From assembly GCA_965227515.1 (NCBI GenBank), contig CBDDFZ010000001.1:2080001-2144000 (forward strand): a stretch of DNA of 64,000 nucleotides, in the 5' to 3' direction. Below the pieces are notes generated by a model. It ran no database searches and had not been told where the DNA came from. It worked only from the letters and a program-made list of their open reading frames with translations. Positions 42,934-52,923 of the stretch are shown in pieces (position 1 is the stretch's first letter; each line of letters begins with the position of its first letter). Position numbers and translations under genes: made by a program. The DNA is from Alphaproteobacteria bacterium (GTDB lineage Bacteria > Pseudomonadota > Alphaproteobacteria > CALKHQ01).

Positions 42934-42938
42934 TGGCG

Positions 42939-43157
42939 TCAGAGCGGGTGGCCGGCAGCGCGGCCCTCCGCCAACAGTTCCCGTGCCGCCTCGAAATCCT
43001 CGTCCAGCACCATCAGGCGGCGCGGGATGGCGCCGATACTGCCCTCCAGCACGCTCATCTGGCCGTCCATCACGATGGCGTGGATGCCGGCGCCCTCCAA
43101 CTGCACCGTCAGCCACGACAAGGCCACCAAATCGTTGGTGCGGATCAGTTCGCGCAT
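42939..43157 (-). CDS. DUF2007-domain protein
   Basis: MRELIRTND...MSVLEGSIGAIPRRLMV; usual position between the methyltransferase gene and ispB. Confidence 0.85.
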   Translation of the reverse strand: MRELIRTNDLVALSWLTVQLEGAGIHAIVMDGQMSVLEGSIGAIPRRLMVLDEDFEAARELLAEGRAAGHPL

Positions 43158-43372
43158 GACGTCCTCTCATGCTTGCGGACAACGCGACATAGCGGCGCGT
43201 GGAACGGGCTCGGCTTGACCGGCTGCATGGTGCCTCTATGCTTGTCCGTTAGACTGCGGTTGGGTGTGCCGACATCGCAGGCGATCCAGTATGGCACCCC
43301 GCCGACGGCTTGTCCTGCCACGATGCTAAGTCCGCATGATGACAGGAACCCCACCATGGTAGGAACCACCGC

Positions 43373-44401
43373 GTGGCGACCATAGTACGAGACGCAACCG
43401 AACCGGGGCCCAGCCAGGCGCCGACGCCATCGATCGATGCGCTGGTCGATCTGGTCAGCGACGACCTGGGCCGCGTCAACCAGTTGATCGTCGATCACAT
43501 GGACAGCCCGGTGGCCCTGATCCCGCAGCTCGCCGGGCACCTCATCGCGGCCGGCGGCAAGCGCCTGCGCCCGATGCTGACGTTGGCCGCGTCGCGCATG
43601 TGCGGCTATGCCGGCGACCGGCACCTGGGGCTGGCCGCGTGTGTCGAGTTCATCCACTCCGCCACCCTGCTGCACGACGACGTGGTGGACGAAAGCCAGC
43701 TCCGCCGGGGCCTGGATACCGCCAATGCGGTCTGGGGCAACCAGGCCAGCGTGCTGGTCGGCGACTTCCTGTTCAGCCGCGCGTTCCAGCTCATGGTCGC
43801 CGACGGCTCGCTGGAGGTGCTGGAGATCCTGTCCGGTGCTTCTGCAATTATCGCCCAGGGCGAGGTGCAGCAGCTCGCCACCACCAACAATATCGAGACG
43901 ACGCTGGACGACTATCTGGGCGTCATCCGCGCCAAGACCGCGGCGCTGTTCGCCGCCGCCGCATCCATCGGCGCCGTGGTGGCCGACCGCCCGCCGGAGG
44001 AGCGCGACCGCCTGCACGAGTTCGGCATGAACCTGGGCATCGTGTTCCAGCTCGTCGACGACCTGCTCGACTATGCCGCCGACGAGGCGGTGCTGGGCAA
44101 GACCGTTGGCGACGACTTCCGCGAGGGCAAGATGACGCTGCCGGTGGTGCTGGCGGTGGAGCGCGGCGCCGACGAGGAGCGCGCGTTCTGGCAGCGTGTG
44201 ATGGGCGACCTGGACCAGCATGACGGCGATTTCGGCCGCGCGATGGCGCTGATGCAGCGCCACGGCTCCCTGGACGAAACCCGGGCCCAGGCCCACGCCT
44301 ATGGCGACGCGGCCAGGGCCGCGCTGGCCGGCTTCCCGCCCAATCCCCACCAGCGCGCGCTGATGGACCTGATCGACTTCTGCATCGCCCGGGTGGCCTA
44401 G
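43373..44401 (+). CDS. ispB: Polyprenyl (octa/decaprenyl) diphosphate synthase
   Basis: GGKRLRP, LHDDVVD...RRG, KTAALF, FQLVDDLLD and GDDFREGK. Confidence 0.95.
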   Translation: MATIVRDATEPGPSQAPTPSIDALVDLVSDDLGRVNQLIVDHMDSPVALIPQLAGHLIAAGGKRLRPMLTLAASRMCGYAGDRHLGLAACVEFIHSATLLHDDVVDESQLRRGLDTANAVWGNQASVLVGDFLFSRAFQLMVADGSLEVLEILSGASAIIAQGEVQQLATTNNIETTLDDYLGVIRAKTAALFAAAASIGAVVADRPPEERDRLHEFGMNLGIVFQLVDDLLDYAADEAVLGKTVGDDFREGKMTLPVVLAVERGADEERAFWQRVMGDLDQHDGDFGRAMALMQRHGSLDETRAQAHAYGDAARAALAGFPPNPHQRALMDLIDFCIARVA

Positions 44402-45321
44402 GCGCCCTTCGTTTCGGTTTTGGCGAGGCTGTTGCTGAGCCAGTCCGGCAGTGCCGGCGCCAGCACCGCTCCGTCGCCGGTGGTGATCGGGTCGCCATCC
44501 AATGCGTCCAGCTTCACCATCGCCAGCACATGGTCGCCGTTGCCGGCGTGGACCGTGCCGACCTCGCGGTCGCCCTGTTGCAGCACGGTGCCCGCGGCAG
44601 GCAGTTCGCCCTCGACCTTGAGCGGCATCAGGCGCTTGCGGATCAGAGCGCGGTAGTGGGTGCGCGCGGTCAGTTCCTGGCCCAGGAAGCAGCCCTTGTC
44701 CCAGTCGACGCCATTCAGCTCGGCAAAGCCGTTCTCCAGCAGGATGGATTTCTCCACCTCCAGGTCGCGGCTGCCGTCGGGGACGCCGAGCGCGATGCGC
44801 TGTCGGTCCCATTCGTCCGGGCCGGCCTCGGCGGCGTTGCGGCCGTGCCACCAGTCGGGCTGGTCACTGGGCACCAGCAGCCGCACCCCAAGTTCGGCGC
44901 GGCGCGGGTCGACCCAGGCGAGCGCACCGTCGACGACGCCAGCGGCACCCGGCGCCTCGCCCAAGCCAAGGTCGTGTGCCGCATCTCCAGTCGCCGCGTA
45001 CACGGCGTAGGTATCGTCCATGTCGCCGATCGTCACCTTGGCGCGCAGGCGATAGAGCGACAGCCGCTTGATCAGGTGCGCGCGCCGCTCGTGCTCGCAC
45101 TCCAGCAGGTAGCGCGGCGCCTCGGTCGCCGCCGGGTCGCGGACCACCGAAAACTCGTGCAGGAACTTGCCTTGCGGGGTCAGGAACGCGGCCCAAATCG
45201 CGCGCTCCGGGGTGGCCTTGCGCACGTCGTTGCTGACCAGCCCTTGCAGGAAGGTCTCGGCATCCGGCCCCTCTACCGCAATGGCGCTGCGCCAGTCCAG
45301 CCGGCAATAGGTCGTCGTCAT
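44398..45321 (-). CDS. ygfZ: Folate-binding Fe-S repair protein YgfZ
   Basis: FLQGLVSND, LTPQGK and the KGCFLGQE signature. Confidence 0.93.
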   Translation of the reverse strand: MTTTYCRLDWRSAIAVEGPDAETFLQGLVSNDVRKATPERAIWAAFLTPQGKFLHEFSVVRDPAATEAPRYLLECEHERRAHLIKRLSLYRLRAKVTIGDMDDTYAVYAATGDAAHDLGLGEAPGAAGVVDGALAWVDPRRAELGVRLLVPSDQPDWWHGRNAAEAGPDEWDRQRIALGVPDGSRDLEVEKSILLENGFAELNGVDWDKGCFLGQELTARTHYRALIRKRLMPLKVEGELPAAGTVLQQGDREVGTVHAGNGDHVLAMVKLDALDGDPITTGDGAVLAPALPDWLSNSLAKTETKGA

Positions 45322-45424
45322 GGCCACTCCGTCTCGCCTCGGCCCGCGCGGACGCGGTGCGGCCATTGATGTGAGTGCATTGCGCGCGCTTGGCAAGCCG
45401 GCAGGGGCTGCGTATAAGCGCGCC

Positions 45425-46489
45425 ATGCACATTACCATCGTCGACGACAGCTTTCCCTATGACGCCACCGTGCTGGACGGGCCCGCGGGCGCCATGGAAA
45501 AGGCCGTGGCCCAGCTCGCACTGGCGCTGACCAAGCGGGACCATTCGGTCCAGGTATTCACTCGCTGCACCGACCCGCCGCCGCTGGAAGCGGTGAGCTG
45601 GAAGTCGATGAACGATGTGCGGCCCGATATGACCGACGTGCTGATCGCCTGCCGGCGCCCGTCGCTGCTGGCGGCGGTGTCGCAGGCGCGGGCACGGGTG
45701 CTGTGGGCGAACGCGCCGGGCCAGGTGCTGCTGGCACCGTCCCACAAGCAGCGGCTGCGGGCGTTCGACGCCCATGTGGTGCTGTTGAGCCAGTATCACG
45801 ACCAGACCTGGGACGGCGAGGACTTGCCGCCATCCACGGTGATCCCGTTCGGCGTGGCCGCGCCTTACCTGGAGCGCAAGCCGATGAAGCCGGACGACGA
45901 CCCGGCGATTGCCGTCGTCACCTGCGATCCACGCCATGACCTGGATTGGGTGATCCACACCTGGACCGACCACGTCCACCCGATCGCGCCCAAGGCGGAG
46001 CTGCATATCTATTCCGCCGCACTGGCGGACATGGCGGCCGGTGCGGAGTCGCCGGACGAGACCATCCGCGCCGCCCACAAGCTGGCGGTCGCCTCCAAGA
46101 TGCGCAAGGTCAGGGTAAAGGCGCCGGTCAGCGACGCCGAGATGGTGGAGGTCTATCGCAACGCACGCGTGCACATGCACCCCGGCCACGCGCTCGATAT
46201 GGCCTGCGGCACCCTGCAGGAGAGCCAGTCGCTGGGCGTGCCGGCGGTGGTGCGTCCGCTGGGGGCTGGCGTCGAGCAGGTGCGCGACGGGCTGTCCGGT
46301 GCCATCACCGACGACCCGGCCGTGTTCGGCACCGCGGCGCTGAAGCTGCTCAACAACGATTCGGAATACCGCCGGATGAGCTCGCAGGCGCGCTTCCACC
46401 AGGGTGTGCGCTCCTGGGACACCGCGGCCGGCGACTTCGAGGAGCTCTTTGACAGCCTGCTGGCGCAGAGCGAACCTGAGGCGGCCTAG
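45425..46489 (+). CDS. GT-B (family 4-like) glycosyltransferase
   Basis: GAMEKA N-terminal motif; ESQSLGVPAV and EQVRDG; D-x7-E variant of the E-x7-E motif. Confidence 0.75.
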   Translation: MHITIVDDSFPYDATVLDGPAGAMEKAVAQLALALTKRDHSVQVFTRCTDPPPLEAVSWKSMNDVRPDMTDVLIACRRPSLLAAVSQARARVLWANAPGQVLLAPSHKQRLRAFDAHVVLLSQYHDQTWDGEDLPPSTVIPFGVAAPYLERKPMKPDDDPAIAVVTCDPRHDLDWVIHTWTDHVHPIAPKAELHIYSAALADMAAGAESPDETIRAAHKLAVASKMRKVRVKAPVSDAEMVEVYRNARVHMHPGHALDMACGTLQESQSLGVPAVVRPLGAGVEQVRDGLSGAITDDPAVFGTAALKLLNNDSEYRRMSSQARFHQGVRSWDTAAGDFEELFDSLLAQSEPEAA

Positions 46490-46584
46490 ATCGGGATTGG
46501 CTGGCGCTCAGGTCCTCAGGCGACTGCCTTTGCGGCAAGTCCGAGCTTCATTTGACCCGCCATTGGTTCGGATGCCACCCAAAT

Positions 46585-46599
46585 TTAGGCGGTTCTTAA
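46585..46599. promoter_or_regulatory. CtrA-like box upstream of ldtR
   Basis: TTAG-GCGGTTC-TTAA, one mismatch to TTAA-N7-TTAA. Confidence 0.4.
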
Positions 46600-46649
46600 T
46601 CTTGATCGTTGAAGTTGGCCCCGAACGCGTGCCAGTCGGGAGTCACACC

Positions 46650-47123
46650 ATGAACGCGACCTATTTCGATACGGTGCTGCTGATCGAGCGGCTGCACCGC
46701 CACTTCCTGGAGCTCGTGAAGGTCGAGATCGACCGCCGCGGGATCGCTGACATCAACAACGTCCAGGCGCTGATTCTCTACAACATCGGCGAAGAGGACA
46801 TGACCGTCGGCGAGTTGACCCTGCGCGGCTACTATCTCGGGTCCAACGTGTCGTACAACGTCAAGAAGATGGTCGAGAACGACTATCTGGTGCAGGAGCG
46901 CTCCACCCACGACCGCCGCTCGATCCGGGTGCGGTTGTCGGAGAAGGGCCTGAACCTGCGCAACCAGATGAGCGACGTGTTCTCGCAGCACATCGAGGCG
47001 TTGGACGAGCACAATGTCGGCATCGACACGCTGGAAGACGTGAACAAGCAGCTTCGCCGCCTGGAGCGGTTCTGGACCAACATGGCCGACTTCGCCATGC
47101 GCGCGCCCCGTATCGCTGCCTAG
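46650..47123 (+). CDS. ldtR: LdtR-type MarR transcriptional regulator
   Basis: IERLHR, DINNVQALILYNIG, GELTLRGYYLGSNVSYN and DRRSIRVRL. Confidence 0.85.
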   Translation: MNATYFDTVLLIERLHRHFLELVKVEIDRRGIADINNVQALILYNIGEEDMTVGELTLRGYYLGSNVSYNVKKMVENDYLVQERSTHDRRSIRVRLSEKGLNLRNQMSDVFSQHIEALDEHNVGIDTLEDVNKQLRRLERFWTNMADFAMRAPRIAA

Positions 47124-47254
47124 GGCATCGCTGCCTGACTTGTTGCTGTTGAGGCACGCGGCCTGAGCCCTAACCAGTTTTCCTGACTGGCCCGACCGGC
47201 GCCCGGCGACACTGCCGCGGCGCCGGTTTTGCGTGTTCCCATCAGAATGACCTC

Positions 47255-47432
47255 GTCGCCCTCGCCCTTGTGGCGAGGGCCCATTTGTGTGCGGGGCGAG
47301 GCGTGCGCCAATGCATGCTCACATTCGGCGACACCAAACCAAAACGGCCGCTCGCCAGGTAGACTTCCGACTGTTGTGCAGTCATCGGCGTGTCGGCCGT
47401 GAATGGGTCCTCGCCACAAGGGCGAGGACGAC
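47255..47432. repeat. REP doublet, family B, copy 2
   Basis: GTCGCCCTCGCCCTTGTGGCGAGGGCCCATT ... AATGGGTCCTCGCCACAAGGGCGAGGACGAC. Confidence 0.85.
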
Positions 47433-47481
47433 AATTGGTATGAATGGAAACCTGCAGCGCGCCCCGCGCTACTCCCCGGGG

Positions 47482-48501
47482 CTACTCCACCGTCCAGACG
47501 CGGCCGCGGTGGACCATCGCCTTGACCGCGTCGCGCGGGTCGGCATCGCTGCCGGCGTACTCGGCATCGCGCAGGCTGTAGGGTGCGGCCGGCTCGCAAT
47601 AGAGCACGCCGAGCGCGGTCGGGAACTCCGGACCGCCCATCCGCGCCAGCATCGCCGCCAGCGTCGGGTTGGTCTCGTCGTGGACCAGCAACTCGTCCTC
47701 GCTGCGCCCGCCTTCGCCCACCGGCACCACCTCCAGCGACAGCGACCGGGTGTTCAGCATGATGCCGCGGTTGCGCTCCTTGCCGAAAACCATCGGCTGG
47801 CCGTGCTCCAGGTAGATCGTGTGATCGGCGCCGGTCTTCTTGTTGGTCACCTCGTCAAAGACAGCATCGTTGTAGATGATGCAGTTCTGCAGGATCTCCA
47901 CGAACGACGCGCCGGCATGCTCCTTGGCGCGCTTCAGCACCACAGGCATGTGCTTCTGCAAAGTGTCGGCGGAGCGGGCGACGAAGCGCGCGCCGGCCCC
48001 CAGCGCGAACACGCACGGGGCCGCATTGGCGTCGCGCGACCCGCCGGGGCTGGACGGCGAGCGGGTGCCGGGCCGCGAGGTCGGCGAGTACTGGCCCTTG
48101 GTGAGCCCGTAGATCTCGTTGTTGAACAGCAGTAGCTGCACATCGACGTTGCGGCGCAGGATGTGGAACAGGTGGTTGCCGCCGATCGACATGCCATCGC
48201 CGTCGCCGGTGACGATCCACACGTCCAGTTCCGGGTTGGCCATCTTGACGCCGGTGGCAATCGCCGGCGCGCGGCCATGGATGGTGTGGAACCCGTAGGT
48301 CGCCATGTAGTAGGGGAAGCGCGACGAGCAGCCGATGCCGGAGACGAACACCGTGTTGTGCGGTGTGGCACCCAGGTCGGCCAGGGTCTGGCGCACCGAC
48401 TTCAGGATCGCGTAGTCACCGCAGCCGGGGCACCAGCGCACTTCCTGGTCGGTCTCGAAATCCTTGGCCGTAAGGGCCGAGGGCTGGACGATTTCGTTCA
48501 T
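47482..48501 (-). CDS. korB: 2-oxoacid:ferredoxin oxidoreductase beta subunit
   Basis: WCPGCGD, SGIGCSSR, HGRA, GDGD...IGGNH and NNEIYGLTKGQYSPT. Confidence 0.93.
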   Translation of the reverse strand: MNEIVQPSALTAKDFETDQEVRWCPGCGDYAILKSVRQTLADLGATPHNTVFVSGIGCSSRFPYYMATYGFHTIHGRAPAIATGVKMANPELDVWIVTGDGDGMSIGGNHLFHILRRNVDVQLLLFNNEIYGLTKGQYSPTSRPGTRSPSSPGGSRDANAAPCVFALGAGARFVARSADTLQKHMPVVLKRAKEHAGASFVEILQNCIIYNDAVFDEVTNKKTGADHTIYLEHGQPMVFGKERNRGIMLNTRSLSLEVVPVGEGGRSEDELLVHDETNPTLAAMLARMGGPEFPTALGVLYCEPAAPYSLRDAEYAGSDADPRDAVKAMVHRGRVWTVE

Positions 48502-48502
48502 C

Positions 48503-50401
48503 CTAATTCTCCAGGATGGCGTTGATCTCGGCCGTGATCTCCGCGACCTTGAACGGCTGGCCGGTCACCTTGGTCATGCTGCGGAATTGCCGGTCGAACT
48601 GAGAGCGCAGCAGCAGCGAGAGCTGGCCGGTGTTCATCTCCGGCACTAGCACGGTGTCGTAGCCATCCAGCAGCGCTTCCAGGTTGCGCGGCAGCGGCCA
48701 GATGTTGCGCAGGTGGATGTGGGCGACGTCCTGGCCGCGCACCCGCGCGCGCAGGGCGGCGATGCGGATCGGCCCATAGGTCGACCCCCAGCCCAGGATC
48801 GCCAGCCGCCCGCTCTTCGGCCCCAGCTCAACTTCCTGCTCCGGCAGAAAGTTCGCGATATTGGCGATGCGGTTCACCCGCACGTCGGTCATGCGCTGGT
48901 GGTTGGCCGGCAGGTAGGAGACGTTGCCGTTGTCGTAGTCCTTCTCCAGCCCGCCGATGCGGTGGGTGAAGCCCTCCATGCCCGGCACCGCCCAGTTGCG
49001 GGCCAGGGTTTCGGAGTCGCGGCGATACGGGTGGAAGCTTTCTGTGTCGCTGGCGAACTTCGCCGGGAACGGTGCGAACGCGTCGCTGTCGATATCCGGC
49101 AACAGCCAGGGCTCGGCCACGTTGGCGATATAGCCGTCCGACAGCAGGATCACCGGGGTCATGAACGTGGTGGCGATGCGCGCCGCCTCCACAGCGCAGG
49201 CGAAACAATCGCCGGGGTGGGAGGCTGCGATCACCGGCACCGGCGCGTCGCCGTTGCGGCCGAACATCGCCTGCAACAGGTCGGACTGCTCGGTCTTCGT
49301 TGGCAGGCCGGTGGAAGGCCCGCCACGCTGCACGTCGATCACGATCAGCGGCAGTTCGGTAACGATGGCCAGCCCCAGCGCCTCGGTCTTCAATGCCAGG
49401 CCGGGGCCGGACGAGGAGGTGACGCCGAGCTTGCCGGCGTAGGACGCGCCGATGGCGGCACAGATCGCCGCGATCTCGTCCTCGGCCTGGAAGGTGGTGA
49501 CGTCGGCCTGCTTCTCGCGCGCCAGCAGGTGCAGCAGCGGCGACGCCGGCGTGATCGGGTAGGAGGCGAAGAACAGCCCCAGCCCGGAAAGCTTGGTGGC
49601 CGCGGCCAGCCCCAGCGCCAGGCTCTCCGACCCGGTGATGGTGCGGTATTCGCCGGGGGTGATGCGGGCGGCCGGAATGTCGTACCGGCTGACCGTGGCG
49701 CCCACCTCGACCGTCTCGCCATAGGCATGGCCGGCGTTCAGCGCGGCGATGTTGGCGTCGGCGATGTCGGGCTTGGTCTTGAACTTGTCGGTCAGCCATT
49801 CGGTGACCACGGTGCGGCGCTGGCCGAACATCCAGAGCACCAGCCCCAGCGTCCACATGTTCTTGCAGCGCAGCTTGTCCTTCTTGCCCAGCGCGCTGTC
49901 GGCCACTGACTCCAGGGTCAGGGCGGAGATATCGATCTCCATCACCTTGAACTTTTCCAGCTCGCTGGTACCGCGCGGGTCGTCCTCGTAGCCGGCCTTG
50001 GCCAGGCTGCGCGCATCGAACGAGCCGGAGTCGAGGATCAACAGCCCGCCGTCGCGCAGGTCGGCGATGTGCGTCTTCAGCGCCGCCGGGTTCAGCGCCA
50101 CCAGCACGTCGGGCTGATCGCCGAAGGTCTGGATCTCGGTGCGCCCGATGTTGATGGAATAGGACGACACGCCATAGGTGGTGCCGGCCGGGGCGCGGAT
50201 TTCCGCGGGATAATCGGGGAAGGTGGCGAAGTCGTTGCCCGCTGCCGCGCTCGATTCTGCAAAGCGCGTACCTGTGAGCTGAATGCCGTCGCCGCTGTCG
50301 CCGGCGAAGCGGACGCGCACGAAGTCGACGCCCGGCTCCATCGGCACATTACTGAATGCGTCGTCAGACTCCGCTGCGGCGCTGGTCGTCATGCCGTCCA
50401 A
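48503..50401 (-). CDS. korA: 2-oxoacid:ferredoxin oxidoreductase alpha subunit (fused gamma-alpha)
   Basis: AGDSGDG, AEIRAP, YPITPAS, QAEDEI, SSGPG, QRGGPSTGLPTK and EMNTGQ. Confidence 0.93.
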   Translation of the reverse strand: MDGMTTSAAAESDDAFSNVPMEPGVDFVRVRFAGDSGDGIQLTGTRFAESSAAAGNDFATFPDYPAEIRAPAGTTYGVSSYSINIGRTEIQTFGDQPDVLVALNPAALKTHIADLRDGGLLILDSGSFDARSLAKAGYEDDPRGTSELEKFKVMEIDISALTLESVADSALGKKDKLRCKNMWTLGLVLWMFGQRRTVVTEWLTDKFKTKPDIADANIAALNAGHAYGETVEVGATVSRYDIPAARITPGEYRTITGSESLALGLAAATKLSGLGLFFASYPITPASPLLHLLAREKQADVTTFQAEDEIAAICAAIGASYAGKLGVTSSSGPGLALKTEALGLAIVTELPLIVIDVQRGGPSTGLPTKTEQSDLLQAMFGRNGDAPVPVIAASHPGDCFACAVEAARIATTFMTPVILLSDGYIANVAEPWLLPDIDSDAFAPFPAKFASDTESFHPYRRDSETLARNWAVPGMEGFTHRIGGLEKDYDNGNVSYLPANHQRMTDVRVNRIANIANFLPEQEVELGPKSGRLAILGWGSTYGPIRIAALRARVRGQDVAHIHLRNIWPLPRNLEALLDGYDTVLVPEMNTGQLSLLLRSQFDRQFRSMTKVTGQPFKVAEITAEINAILEN

Positions 50402-50702
50402 TGTTCAACCCCTAGAATTCGAATGATCGCCGATCGAAAAGCTGTGGACGCTCGTCGTCTGGCTGCTCGATGGTGCTTGGCCAATGCGCGTCGCATCGCA
50501 GCTAATCGTTCCCCCGCTGCGTGTGACCGATACAAGCCTTGCAGATCGGTATAAGCCTTACAGCCCGGCCACGTCGAGCAATCTCACCGATTCGTGCCCA
50601 ATTTGCGATCACACTGGGCAATTCCACAGCGTTATGTGGTCGTCCGGGGTCGGCGGGCAAGGTGCCCATGGGATAAAGTATCGGCATGAGAATGAGGGGC
50701 GC

Positions 50703-52769
50703 ATGGCTGGCCCGATGACCGGTGCGACCGCCGGACCCATTGTCGGCGTGGATGTCGGGGGCACGTTCACCGACCTGATCCTGATCGACCCGGCGGCGGA
50801 TATTGGCGTGCGCCTGGCCAAGACGCCGACGACACCCGATAACCAGGCATTCGGCGTGCTGGCGGCGCTGGAGGCGACCGGCGTCGCGCCCGAGACGCTG
50901 GACGCCATCGTCCACGGCACCACGACCACCACCAATGCGCTCTTGGAGCGCAAGCTCGCCCGCACCGGGCTGATCACCACGGCAGGGTTCCGCGACGTGC
51001 TGGAGGTCGGCAGGCGCACCCGGCCCAGCCCCTATGGCATGGTCGGCACCTTCACGCCGATCATCCCGCGCCCGCTGCGGCTGGAAGTTGCGGAGCGGAT
51101 GGACGCCGCAGGCGAGGTGCTGACGCCTCTGGACGAGGACAGCGTGCGCGCGGCCGTTGCCACGCTGCTGGCGGCCGGTTGCGAAGCGCTGGTCATCCAC
51201 TTCCTGCACGCCTACGCCAACCCGGCGCACGAGCGCCGCGCCGCCGAGATCGCGGCCGAGACCTGGCCGAATGCCTACATTACCATGGGCCACGCCCTGC
51301 TGTCGGAATACCGCGAGTACGAGCGCGGGGTGACGGCGGCGGTCAACGCCTCGGTGCAGCCGATCCTGGAGCGCTATGTCGCCCGGCTGACCGACGAACT
51401 CGCCGCGCGGGGCTACACGCGCTCCTGGTTCGTGATGAACGGCAATGGCGGCATGGTGGCGGCCGATACAGTGGCGCGGGAGGCGGCGAAGACCGTGATG
51501 TCCGGCCCGGCCTCGGGCGTGATGGCGGCTGCCTACACGGCGCGCCGGGCAGGCTTTGCCGACATCATCACCTACGACATGGGCGGCACCTCCAGCGACG
51601 TGGCGCTGATCCAGGGTGCGGTGCCGGCGGTGAGCCACGAGCTGGAGATCGAATACGCGCTGCCGATCCACGTGCCGATGGTGGACGTGCGCACCATCGG
51701 TGCCGGCGGCGGCTCGATCGCGCGGCTCGACGGGGCCGGCATGTTGCGGGTGGGGCCGGAAAGCGCCGGCGCCGACCCCGGCCCGATCTATTACGGTCGC
51801 GGCGGGACGGTGCCCACTGTCTCCGATGCCAACCTCGTTCTGGGTCGCCTGAACGCCGAGACGGTGCTGAAGGCGGATGCCGGCGTATCGCTGGACGATG
51901 TCCGCGCAGCGCTGGACGACGCGATTGCCGGGCCGTTGGGCGTCACGGTTGAAGAGGCGGCGGACGCCATCGTGCGGGTCGCCAACCTGCAGATGGCCGG
52001 CGCCATCCGCATGGTCTCCATCGACAAGGGCCACGACCCGCGCGGGTTCGCGCTGTTCGCCTTCGGGGGCGCGGGGCCGCTGCATGCCGCCGATCTGGCG
52101 CGCGAGCTTGGCATCCCCAAGGTGCTGGTGCCGGCGCGGCCGGGCATCACCAACGCGCTCGGTTGCCTGGTTGCCGACCTGCGCCACGATCTGGTGAACA
52201 CGCTCAACCGGCCGCTGGATGTGGTCGACATGGACGAGGTCGCGGCGACCTGGCGCGCCCAGGTGGCGCAGGGACGCGCCGCCATCGAGGCGACCCCGAT
52301 GTCTGTGGAGCGCATCGAGGTGCGGCACACCGCCGACATGCAGTTCATCGGCCAGACCCACCTGCTGACCGTGTCAGTCGACGACCCCGGCCTGTCGCGC
52401 GCCGACTTGCAGGCGCTGTTCGAGGCCGCCTACGACGCCCGCTTCCATGTGCAGTTGCCGGAGATCAGGGCCAATCTGGTCAATCTGAACACCTCGGTCA
52501 TCGGCGTGCGCCCGCCGCTCGACCTCGGGGTGCTGCTGGAGGGCGACCGCCGCGCCACGGTGGCCGAAGCGCGGGTCGGCAGCCGCGACGTCTGGTTCGG
52601 GAACGGTTGGACGGAGACGCCGGTCTATCGGCGCGAGCGCCTGCCGCGCGATGCCCACCTCGACGGCCCCGCGATCGTGGAACAGATGGACACCACCGTC
52701 GTCCTGCCGCCCGGCACCGCCGCCACGGCCGACGAGGACGGCAATCTGGTGGTGGAGGTTGGTCGGTGA
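50703..52769 (+). CDS. Hydantoinase/oxoprolinase A subunit
   Basis: DVGGTFTD, HGTT, SGPASG, DMGGTS, GAGGGS and FGGAG. Confidence 0.93.
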   Translation: MAGPMTGATAGPIVGVDVGGTFTDLILIDPAADIGVRLAKTPTTPDNQAFGVLAALEATGVAPETLDAIVHGTTTTTNALLERKLARTGLITTAGFRDVLEVGRRTRPSPYGMVGTFTPIIPRPLRLEVAERMDAAGEVLTPLDEDSVRAAVATLLAAGCEALVIHFLHAYANPAHERRAAEIAAETWPNAYITMGHALLSEYREYERGVTAAVNASVQPILERYVARLTDELAARGYTRSWFVMNGNGGMVAADTVAREAAKTVMSGPASGVMAAAYTARRAGFADIITYDMGGTSSDVALIQGAVPAVSHELEIEYALPIHVPMVDVRTIGAGGGSIARLDGAGMLRVGPESAGADPGPIYYGRGGTVPTVSDANLVLGRLNAETVLKADAGVSLDDVRAALDDAIAGPLGVTVEEAADAIVRVANLQMAGAIRMVSIDKGHDPRGFALFAFGGAGPLHAADLARELGIPKVLVPARPGITNALGCLVADLRHDLVNTLNRPLDVVDMDEVAATWRAQVAQGRAAIEATPMSVERIEVRHTADMQFIGQTHLLTVSVDDPGLSRADLQALFEAAYDARFHVQLPEIRANLVNLNTSVIGVRPPLDLGVLLEGDRRATVAEARVGSRDVWFGNGWTETPVYRRERLPRDAHLDGPAIVEQMDTTVVLPPGTAATADEDGNLVVEVGR

Positions 52770-52799
52770 CGCCGGGTTCGGCCATAGCCTACCCAAACA

Positions 52800-52891
52800 C
52801 GTCATGCCCGCACTTGTTGCGGGCATCCACGTCTTGTTGGCCGCTCAAGCGGCCATTCTCGTGGATGCTCGGGACAAGCCCGAGCATGACG
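52800..52891. repeat. CGTC-tagged REP doublet, family A, copy 2
   Basis: CGTCATGCCCGCACTTGTTGCGGGCATCCACG...CGTGGATGCTCGGGACAAGCCCGAGCATGACG. Confidence 0.88.
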
Positions 52892-52923
52892 GATTAGGAT
52901 GTGGCGATAGCCGGGGTAATGCC

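Noticed and set aside
42193-44401. Methyltransferase-DUF2007-ispB as a novel module
   Set aside because: Widely conserved alphaproteobacterial housekeeping synteny.
52651-52923. N-terminal extension of hydantoinase B through the REP element
   Set aside because: Family homology begins at ATG 52924; the extension is merely an open frame across the repeat.
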